Source of the DNA: Eledone cirrhosa
Taxonomy: Eukaryota
DNA length: 64,000 nt
Assembly (NCBI GenBank): GCA_964016885.1
Contig: CAXHJY010000105.1
Coordinates: forward strand, 682,001 to 746,000
Direction: 5' to 3'
Positions within the stretch are counted from its first letter, which is position 1; the number at the start of each line of letters is the position of its first letter. Shown here piece by piece: positions 10,976 to 21,900 of this stretch. A model generated the notes under the pieces. That model was given only the letters and a program-made list of their open reading frames with translations. It was not told the origin of the DNA and did not search any database. Made by a program: the position numbers and the translations under genes.

Positions 10976-11271
10976 CTGTGTATTATTCTAAGGGTTATTT
11001 GTGTCATTATTATTATTGTTCATACCTCGTAATAACTGAGTTAAATAAGAAAAAAAAGATATTTATATAAATAAAATATAAAGTGGCAGTGGAAGGAAGT
11101 TGCAGCAGAGCAAGACTTGGAGGTTATGAGAGCTGATCTCAAATTACTCAAGTACACAGATGTCAAAGGACTGCAGCAAATGAAATGATGCTGAAAAAAA
11201 ACTCATCCAACTCATTGTAAGGTTGGAAGAAGAGATGATAAAGAAGAGATGATAAAGAAGACATTGCCCAC

Positions 11272-11359
11272 CTGTTGGAGTTTCTGGGCTAATTCTGTTA
11301 AGTTGGTATCAATTATAGAACTACTAGAATTCGTTCCCCATGAAGATGACCAATTATTC
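11272..11359 (-). CDS. Internal coding exon (88 nt, phase 2-0) of host gene
   Basis: Minus strand: atttctcatttttgtAG|GAATAATTGG...CTCCAACAG|GTGGGC. Only one frame is open: (R)NNWSSSWGTNSSSSIIDTNLTELAQKLQQ. Confidence 0.72.
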
Positions 11360-11452
11360 CTACAAAAATGAGAAATCAATCACAACATAACAAATCAATA
11401 TTACTTATAAACAAATTCCTATATTCTCTATTTTAAATTATAAATATAGAGG

Positions 11453-11722
11453 AAGACCCGACCCCCTATGGGTACAAGCCGAAGCTGAAGCATATAGACA
11501 ATATGCCCCCCACCCCCACTGTAAAGTGGTCGTGGAGGTGCCACGGCAAAAAAGCACCCAGCACTCACTGTAAATGAGGTTGGTGTTAGGAAGGGTATCC
11601 AGCTGTAGAAATCAAGCCAGGATCAGTTCCCGTTTGAGCAAGACAAGGTCAGCTGACTGGACACTGCCTACAACAGGACAACCCGTCTAACACGTTAGTG
11701 TGGAAGAATGGATGTAAAACGG

Positions 11723-11753
<31 letters not shown>
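11453..11753 (+). mobile_element. 5'-truncated RTE 3' end (or RTE-tailed SINE) with (GAT)n tail
   Basis: Starts AAGACCCG, like the last codons of the RTE ORF at ~5830. Contains GGTTGGTGTTAGGAAGGG(T/C)ATCCA(G/A)CTGTAGAAA, shared with the RTE 3'UTR at ~5545-5577, and (GAT)10 at 11723-11753. Candidate TSD ATAGAGG at 11446-11452 and 11752-11758. Confidence 0.8.
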
Positions 11754-11959
11754 AGAGGTTATAATTTTCCTGCAGACCCCTCCCATCTGAACATAGCTCT
11801 GATATATTCTCAATTTGGTATTTATGCTGTAATATTGAGGTCTACATTGTCGAGCATTTTAAAGACATTTCTGGCTTTGTAGAGTCACTTTTTTATGTCC
11901 TAGCCGTCTCCTCCATCATTTGTAACAGTGCTACCCAGGTAAGTGAATTTTTCAGTTGT

Positions 11960-12330
11960 TCGTAGAATGCTAGAGAATGGGAGAGAATGACATGACCAAA
12001 CTGTCAGTCTTTTACATAAAGAATCTTAGAAGTTTTTGCCCTGAAAATATCTCCAATAAGGCGTTGCTAGGTAGGTGCCAACAGGAGAAAATGACAACCA
12101 TCCTTCTCAGAAGATGGCAGTGGATAGGGTATGTTCTCAGAAGAGAGACAGCATCCTAAGAACAGCCCTTCACTGGACACCAGAAGGAAAGTGAAAGAAC
12201 ACCTGGGGCAGAACAGTTGAGGGAGAAAAGAAGACCTGGCAACACATATGAGGTAGCATCTAGAAGCTGGTCCAGGGTAGACAAGAGTGGAGGATCTTCA
12301 TTGCTGCACTACATGTCAGAGAGATAAGCC
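11960..12330 (+). mobile_element. Old degenerate RTE-type LINE 3' fragment (different subfamily)
   Basis: Translates ..LRSFCPENISNKALLGRCQQE..LLRRWQWIGYVLRR, then in another frame TALHWTPEGK..TWGRTVE..RQEWRIFIAAL, which is the RTE ORF C-terminal signature. Confidence 0.75.
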
Positions 12331-12457
12331 CGAGATGTCAGTAGGTCGATCTGTAAAGACCCATTCAACCCTTGCTAGCTGGGAAAATGGATGTTGAATA
12401 AGGATGAAGATAAAATATGAAAAGAAACTCAGATCTGCAAATCTGACTGTTTGCTAC

Positions 12458-12583
12458 CTGGGCAGGTTAGGTTTTGGTTGGTCCATCTTGGAACTACTGT
12501 TGAACATTGAAGGTGGCACAAGTACAGGATTGGATTTCTGAGGCACTAACTTTAAATAGTTAGGGCTCAACGATGGTGGTTGG
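12458..12583 (-). CDS. Internal coding exon (126 nt, phase 2-2) of host gene; Pro/Ser-rich
   Basis: Minus strand: cttccttctctttcctttcAG|CCAACC...CTGCCCAG|GTAGCA. Translates QPPSLSPNYLKLVPQKSNPVLVPPSMFNSSSKMDQPKPNLP(R) and is in phase with exon 11272-11359. The donor is weaker than the others. Confidence 0.6.
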
Positions 12584-12707
12584 CTGAAAGGAAAGAGAAG
12601 GAAGCGGTTCAAATAGTTAGGGGTCAATGATGGTGGTTGGCTGAAAGAAAGAGAAGGGAGAGGTTCAAATAGTTAGGGCTCAATGATGGTGGTTGGTTGA
12701 AAGGAAG
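12554..12707. repeat. ~57-bp tandem repeat (2.7 copies) spanning the exon's 3' splice site
   Basis: AAATAGTTAGGG(C/G)TCAA(C/T)GATGGTGGTTGG(C/T)TGAAAG.. occurs three times (12554, 12611, ~12667). Confidence 0.9.
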
Positions 12708-12728
12708 GTCATTGCTTAACTTCAGTCT

Positions 12729-12997
12729 CATCATCATCATCATCATCATTTCATTTTATTTCCGCTTTTTCCCTGCTTGCAAGGGTCGGATGGGAACTGA
12801 TTCTGGCTCGATTTCTACAGCTGGATGCCCTTCCTAACACCAACCTCATTTAGAGTGAGTGTGGGGTGCGTTGTTGCCGTGGCGCCTCCACGACCACTTT
12901 ACAGTGGAATGATAGGGACCCCAGTCCCTATCATCTCATTTTTACAGCTGAGTAAACTGCAGCAAAGTGAAATAAAGTGTCTTGCTCAAGGAAACAA
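12729..12997 (-). mobile_element. CORE-like SINE with RTE-derived tail, 5' head absent (cut by the satellite)
   Basis: Minus strand CCTTGAGCAAGACACTTTATTTCACTTTGCTGCAGTTTACTCAGCTGTAAAAATGAG resembles the MIR/CORE consensus (ccttgggcaagtcactt..cagtttcctcatctgtaaaatg, from memory). It is followed by the RTE 3'UTR module and a (GAT)n tail (plus-strand (CAT)n at 12729-12749). Confidence 0.7.
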
Positions 12998-15900
12998 CAG
13001 CAACAAATGAAGTGTTTGTGGACAGTTGATACCAGGACATCACCACCAACAAATGATGTGTGACAACTGTCTGTGGACAGTTGATACCAGGACATCACCT
13101 CCAACAAGTGATGTGTGACAAGTGTTTGTGGACAGTTGATACCAGGATATCACCTCCAACAAGTGATGTGTGACAACTGTTTGTGGACAGTTGATACCAG
13201 GACATCACCTCCAACAAGTGATGTGTGACAACTGTTTGTGGACAGTTGATACCAGGACATCACCTCCAACAAGTGATGTGTGACAACTGTTTGTGGACAG
13301 TTGATACCAGGACATCACCTCCAACAAGTGATGTGTGACAACTGTTTGTGGACAGTTGATACCAGGACATCACCTCCAACAAGTGATGTGTGACAACTGT
13401 TTGTGGACAGTTGAAACCAGGACATCACCTCCAACAAGTGATGTGTGACAACTGTTTGTGGACAGTTGATACCAGGACATCACCTCCAACAAGTGATGTG
13501 TGACAACTGTTTGTGGACAGTTGATACCAGGACATCACCTCGAACAAGTGATGTGTGACAACTGTTTGTGGACAGTTGATACCAGGACATCACCTCCAAC
13601 AAGTGATGTGTGACAACTGTTTGTGGACAGTTGATACCAGGACATCACCTCCAACAAGTGATGTGTGACAACTGTTTGTGGACAGTTGATACCAGGACAT
13701 CACCTCCAACAAGTGATGTGTGACAACTGTTTGTGGACAGTTGATACCAGGACATCACCTCTAACAAGTGATGTGTGACAAGTGTTTGTGGACAGTTGAT
13801 ACCAGGACATCACCACCAACAAATGATGTGTGAAAAGTGTTTGTGGACAGTTGATACCAGGACATCACCTCCAACAAGTGATGTGTGACAACTGTTTGTG
13901 GACAGTTGATACCAGGACATCACCTCCAACAAGTGATGTGTGACAACTGTTTGTGGACAGTTGATACCAGGACATCACCTCCAACAAGTGATGTGTGACA
14001 ACTGTTTGTGGACAGTTGATACCAGGACATCACCTCCAAAAAATGATGTGTGACAACTGTTTGTGGACAGTTGATACCAGGACATCACCAGCAACAAGTG
14101 ATGTGTGACAAGTGTTTGTGGACAGTTGGTACCAGGACATCACCACCAACAGATGATGTGTGACAAGTGTTTGTGGACAGTTGATACCAGGACATCACCA
14201 ACAAGTGATGTGTGACAATTGTTTGTGGACAGTTGGTACCAGGACATCACCACCAACAAATGATGTGTGACAAGTGTTTGTGGACAGTTGATACCAGGAC
14301 ATCACCACCAACAAGTGATGTGTGACAATTGTTTGTGGACAGTTGATACCAGGAAATCACCACCAACAAGTGATGTGTGACAAGTGTTTGTGGACAGTTG
14401 ATACCAGGACATCACCTCCAACAAGTGATGTGTGACAAGTGTTTGTGGACAGTTGATACCAAGACATCACCAGCAACAAGTGATGTGTGACAAGTGTTTG
14501 TGGACAGTTGATACCAGGACATCACCTCCAACAAGTGATGTGTGACAAGTGTTTGTGGACAGTTGATACCAGGACATCACCAGCAACAAATGATGTGTGA
14601 CAAGTGTTTGTGGACAGTTGATACCAGGACATCACCAGCAACAAATGATGTGCGACAACTGTTGGTGGACAGTTGATACCAGGACATCACCACCAACAAG
14701 TAATGTGTGACAACTGTTTGTGGACAGTTGATACCAGGACATCACCACCAACAAATGTGTGACAAGTGTTTGTGGACAGTTGATACCAGGACATCACCAC
14801 CAACAAATGATGTGTGACAAGTGTTTGTGGACAGTTGATACCAGGACATCACCAGCAACAAATGATGTGTGACAACTGTTTGTGGACAGTTGATACCAGG
14901 ACATCACCTCTAACAAGTGATGTGTGACAAGTGTTTGTGGACAGTTGATACCAGGACATCACCAGCAACAAATGATGTGTGACAACTGTTTGTTGACAGT
15001 TGATACCAGGACATCACCACCAACAAGTGATGTGTGACAAGTGTTTGTGGACAGTTGATACCAGGACATCACCACCAACAAGTGATGGGTGACAATTGTT
15101 TGTGGACAGTTGATACCAGGACATCACCATCAACAAGTGATGTGTGACAGCTGTTTGTGGACAGTTGATACCAGGACATCACCACCAACAAGTGATGTGT
15201 GACAACTGTTTGTGGACAGTTGATACCAGGATATCACCACCAACAAGTGATGTGTGACAACTGTTTGTGGACAGTTGATACCAGGACATCACCAGTAACA
15301 AGTGATGTGTGACAACTGTTTGTGGACAGTTGATACCAGGACATCACCTCCAACAAGTGATGTGTGACAACTGTTTGTGGACAGTTGATACCAGAACATC
15401 ACCAGCAACAAGTGATGTGTGACAAGTGTTTGTGGACAGTTGGGACCAGGACATCACCACCAACAAATGTGTGACAAGTGTTTGTGGACAGTTGATACCA
15501 GGACATCACCACCAACAAATGATGTGTGACAAGTGTTTGTGGACAGTTGATACCAGGACATCACCTCCAACAAGTGATGTGTGACAAGTGTTTGTGGACA
15601 GTTGATACAAGGACATCACCTCCAACAAGTGATGTGTGACAAGTGTTTGTGGACAGTTGATACCAGGACATCACCACCAACAAGTAATGTGTGACAAGTG
15701 TTTGTGGACAGTTGATACGAAGACATCACCTCCAACAAGTGATGTGTGACAACTGTTTGTGGACAGTTGATACCAGGACATCACCACCAACACGTGATGT
15801 GTGACAAGTGTTTGTGGACAGTTGATACCAGGACATCACCTCCAACAAGTGATGTGTGACAACTGTTTGTGGACAGTTGATACCAGGACATCACCTCCAA

Positions 15901-18900
15901 AAAATGATGTGTGACAACTGTTTGTGGACAGTTGATACCAGGACATCACCAGTAACAAGTGATGTGTGACAACTGTTTGTGGACAATTGATACCAGGACA
16001 TCACCTCCAACAAGTGATGTGTGACAACTGTTTGTGGACAGTTGATACCAGGACATCACCAGCAACAAGTGATGTGTGACAAGTGTTTGTGGACAGTTGA
16101 TACCAGGACATCACCTCCAACAAATGATGTGTGACAACTGTTTGTGGACAGTTGATACCAGGACATCACCTCCAACAAATGATGTGTGACAAGTGTTTGT
16201 GGACAGTTGATACCAGGACATCACCTCCAACAAATGATGTGTGACAAGTGTTTGTGGACAGTTGATACCAGGACATCACCACCAACAAATGTGTGACAAG
16301 TGATACCAGGACATCACCACCAACAAATGATGTGTGACAAGTGTTTGTGGACAGTTGATACCAGGACATCACCTCCAACAAATGATGTGTGACAAGTGTT
16401 TGTGGACAGTTGATACCAGGACATCACCTCCAACAAATGATGTGTGACAAGTGTTTGTGGACAGTTGATACCAGGACATCACCACCAACAAATGTGTGAC
16501 AAGTGATACCAGGACATCACCACCAACAAATGATGTGTGACAACTGTTTGTGGACAGTTGATACCAGGACGTCACCTCCAACAAGTGATGTGTGACAACT
16601 GTTTGTGGACAGTTGATACCAGTACATCACCACCAACAAATGATGTGTGACAACTGTTTGTGGACAGTTGATACCAGGACATCACCTCCAACAAATGATG
16701 TGTGACAAGTGTTTGTGGACAGTTGATACCAGGACATCACCAGCAACAAGTGATGTGTGACAAGTGTTTGTGGACAGTTGATACCAGGACATCACCACCA
16801 GCAAATGATGTGCGACAACTGTTTGTGGACAGTTGATACCAGGACATCACCTCCAACAAGTGATGTGTGACAACTGTTTGTGGACAGTTGATACCAGGAC
16901 ATCACCTCCAACAAATGATGTGTGACAAGTGTTTGTGGACATTTGATACCAGGACATCACCTCCAACAAGTGATGTGTGACAACTGCTTGTGGACAGTTG
17001 ATACCAGGACATCACCAGCAACAAATGATGTGTGACAACTGTTTGTGGACAGTTGATACCAGGACATCACCTCCAACAAGTTATGTGTGACAACTGTTTG
17101 TGGACAGTTGATACCAGGACATCACCTCCATCAAGTGATGTGTGACAACTGTTTGTGGACAGTTGATACCAGGACATCACCTCCAACAAGTATGTGTGAC
17201 AACTGATTGTGGACAGTTGATACCAGGACATCACCTCCAACAAATGATGTGCGACAACTGTTTGTGGACAGTTGATACCAGGACATCACCAGTAATAAGT
17301 GATGTGTGACAACTGTTTGTGGACAGTTGATACCAGGACATCACCACCAACAGGTGATGTGTGACAACTGTTTGTGGACAGTTGATACCAGGACATCACC
17401 ACCACCAAATGATGTGTGACAAGTGTTTGTGGACAGTTGATACCAGGACATCACCTCCAACAAGTGATGTGTGACAACTGTTTGTGGAGAGTTGATACCA
17501 GGACATCACCTCCAACAAATGATGTGTGACAACTGTTTGTGGACAGTTGATACCAGGACATCACCAGTAACAAGTGATGTGTGACAACTGTTTGTGGACA
17601 GTTGATACCAGGACATCACCTCCAACAAGTGATGTGTGACAACTGTTTGTGGACAGTTGATACCAGGACATCACCAGCAACAAGTGATGTGTGACAAGTG
17701 TTTGTGGACAGTTGATACCAGGACATCACCACCAACAAATGATGTGTGACAAGTGTTTGTGGACAGTTGATACCAGGACATCACCTCCAACAAGTGATGT
17801 GTGACAAGTGTTTGTGGACAGTTGATACTAGGACATCACCAGCAACAAGTGATGTGTGACAAGTGTTTGTGGACAGTTGATACCAGGACATCACCACCAA
17901 CAAATGTGTGACAAGTGATACCAGGACATCACCACCAACAAATGATGTGTGACAAGTGTTTGTGGACAGTTGATACCAGGACATCACCTCCAACAAGTGA
18001 TGTGTGACAACTGTTTGTGGACAGTTGATACCAGGACATCACCTCCAACAAGTGATGTGTGACAACTGTTTGTGGACAGTTGATATCAGGACATCACCAC
18101 CAACAAATGATGTGTGACAACTGTTTGTGGACAGTTGATACCAGGACATCACCTCCAACAAGTGATGTGTGACAACTGTTTGTGGACAGTTGATACCAGG
18201 ACATCACCTCCAACAAGTGATGTGTGACAACTGTTTGTGGACAGTTGATACTAGGACATCACCAGCAACAAGTGATGTGTGACAAGTGTTTGTGGACAGT
18301 TGATACCAGGACATCACCACCAACAAATGTGTGACAAGTGATACCAGGACATCACCACCAACAAATGATGTGTGACAAGTGTTTGTGGACAGTTGATACC
18401 AGGACATCACCTCCAACAAGTGATGTGTGACAACTGTTTGTGGACAGTTGATACCAGGACATCACCAGTAACAAGTGATGTGTGACAACTGTTTGTGGAC
18501 AGTTGATACCAGGATATCACCTCCAACAAGTGATGTGTGACAACTGTTTGTGGACAGTTGATACCAGGACATCACCAGCAACAAGTGATGTGTGACAAGT
18601 GTTTGTGGACAGTTGGTACCAGGACATCACCACCAACAAATGATGTGTGACAAGTGTTTGTGGACAGTTGATACCAGGACATCACCTCCAACAAGTGATG
18701 TGTGACAAGTGTTTGTGGACAGTTGATACTAGGACATCACCAGCAACAAGTGATGTGTGACAACTGTTTGTGGACAGTTGAAACCAGGACATCACCTCCA
18801 ACAAGTGATGTGTGACAAGTGTTTGTGGACAGTTGGTACCAGGACATCACCAGCAACAAGTGATGTGTGACAAGTGTTTGTGGACAGTTGATACCAGGAC

Positions 18901-21900
18901 ATCACCACCAGCAAATGATGTGTGACAACTGTTTGTGGACAGTTGATACCAGGACATCACCTCCAACAAGTGATGTGTGACAACTGTTTGTGGACAGTTG
19001 ATACCAGGACATCACCTCCAACAAGTGATGTGTGACAACTGATTGTGGACAGTTGATACCAGGACATCACCTCCAACAAATGATGTGTGACAACTGTTTG
19101 TGGACAGTTGATACCAGGACATCACCAGTAATAAGTGATGTGTGACAACTGTTTGTGGACAGTTGATACCAGGACATCACCACCAACAGGTGATGTGTGA
19201 CAACTGTTTGTGGACAGTTTATACCAGGACATACATCACCAGCAACAAGTGATGTGTGACAACTGTTTGTGGACAGTTGATACCAGGACATCACCACCAA
19301 CAAATGATGTGTGACAAGTGTTTGTGGACAGTTGATACCAGGACATCACCTCCAACAAGTGATGTGTGACAACTGTTTGTGGAGAGTTGATACCAGGACA
19401 TCACCTCCAACAAATGATGTGTGACAACTGTTTGTGGACAGTTGATACCAGGAAATCACCTCCAACAAGTGATGTGTGACAACTGTTTGTGGACAGTTGA
19501 TACCAGTACATCACCACCAACAAATGATGTGTGACAACTGTTTGTGGACAGTTGATACCAGGACATCACCTCCAACAAATGATGTGTGACAAGTGTTTGT
19601 GGACAGTTGATACCAGGACATCACCACCAACAAATGTGTGACAAGTGATACCAGGACATCACCACCAACAAATGATGTGTGACAATTGTTTGTGGACAGT
19701 TGATACCAGGACATCACCTCCAACAAGTGATGTGTGACAAGTGTTTGTGGACAGTTGATACCAGGACATCACCAGCAACAAGTGATGTGTGACAAGTGTT
19801 TGTGGACAGTTGATACCAGGACATCACCACCAGCAAATGATGTGTGACAACTGTTTGTGGACAGTTGATACCAGGACATCACCTCCAACAAGTGATGTGT
19901 GACAACTGTTTGTGGACAGTTGATACCAGGACATCACCTCCAACAAGTGTTGTGTGACAACTGTTTGTGGACAGTTGATACCAGTACATCACCACCAACA
20001 AATGATGTGTGACAACTGTTTGTGGACAGTTGATACCAGGACATCACCTCCAACAAATGATGTGTGACAAGTGTTTGTGGACAGTTGATACCAGGACATC
20101 ACCAGCAACAAGTGATGTGTGACAACTGTTTGTGGACAGTTGAAACCAGGACATCACCTCCAACAAGTGATGTGTGACAACTGTTGGTGGACAGTTGATA
20201 CCAGGACATCACCACCAACAAGTGATGTGTGACAAGTGTTTGTGGACAGTTGATACCAGGACATCACCTCCAACAAGTGATGTGTGACAACTGTTTGTGG
20301 ACAGTTGATACCAGGACATCACCTCCAACAAGTGATGTGTGACAAGTGTTTGTGGACAGTTGATACCAGGACATCAGCTCCAACAAGTGATGTGTGACAA
20401 GTGTTTGTGGACAGTTGATACTAGGACATCACCACCAACAAGTGATGTGTGACAAGTGTTTGTGGACAGTTGATACCAGGACATCACCTCCAACAAGTGA
20501 TGTGTGACAACTGTTTGTGGACAGTTGATACCAGGACATCAGCTCCAACAAGTGATGTGTGACAAGTGTTTGTGGACAGTTGATACCAGGACATCACCTC
20601 CAACAAGTGATGTGTGACAACTGTTTGTGGACAGTTGATACCAGGACATCACCTCCAACAAGTGATGTGTGACAACTGTTTGTGGACAGTTGATACCAGT
20701 ACATCACCACCAACAAATGATGTGTGACAACTGTTTGTGGACAGTTGATACCAGGACATCACCTCCAACAAATGATGTGTGACAAGTGTTTGTGGACAGT
20801 TGATACCAGCACATCACCACCAACAGATGTGTGACAAGTGATACCAGGATATCACCACCAACAAATGATGTGTGACAAGTGTTTGTGGACAGTTGATACC
20901 AGGACATCACCTCCAACAAGTGATGTGTGACAAGTGTTTGTAGACAGTTGATACCAGGACATCACCAGCAACAAGTGATGTGTGACAAGTGTTTGTGGAC
21001 AGTTGATACCAGGACATCACCACCAGCAAATGATGTGTGACAACTGTTTGTGGACAGTTGATACCAGGACATCACCTCCAACAAGTGATGTGTGACAACT
21101 GTTTGTGGACAGTTGATACCAGTACATCACCACCAACAAATGATGTGTGACAACTGTTTGTGGACAGTTGATACCAGGACATCACCTCCAACAAGTGATG
21201 TGTGACAACTGTTTGTGGACAGTTGATACCAGGACATCACCTCCAACAAGTGATGTGTGACAAGTGTTTGTGGACAGTTGATACCAGGACATCAGCTCCA
21301 ACAAGTGATGTGTGACAAGTGTTTGTGGACAGTTGATACTAGGACATCACCTCCAACAAGTGATGTGTGACAAGTGTTTGTGGACAGTTGATACCAGGAC
21401 ATCACCTCCAACAAGTGATGTGTGACAACTGTTTGTGGACAGTTGATACCAGGACATCAGCTCCAACAAGTGATGTGTGACAAGTGTTTGTGGACAGTTG
21501 ATACCAGGACATCACCAGCAACAAGTGATGTGTGACAAGTGTTTGTGGACAGTTGATACCAGGACATCACCACCAGCAAATGATGTGTGACAACTGTTTG
21601 TGGACAGTTGATACCAGGACATCACCTCCAACAAGTGATGTGTGACAACTGTTTGTGGACAGTTGATACCAGGACATCACCTCCAACAAGTGATGTGTGA
21701 CAACTGTTTGTGGACAGTTGATACCAGTACATCACCACCAACAAATGATGTGTGACAACTGTTTGTGGACAGTTGATACCAGGACATCACCTCCAACAAA
21801 TGATGTGTGACAAGTGTTTGTGGACAGTTGATACCAGGACATCACCTCCAACAGGTGATGTGTGACAACTGTTTGTGGACAGTTGATACCAGGACATCAC

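Noticed and set aside
10405-11032. Poly-Leu/Pro, poly-Val and Gly/Ser-rich ORFs
   Set aside because: These are translation artefacts of a GGT/AGT microsatellite inside an intron.
11765-11945. Plus-strand acceptor (ttttcctgcag) and strong donor (CAG|GTAAGT at ~11939)
   Set aside because: No partner exons or convincing reading frame were found on the plus strand, so these are likely chance.
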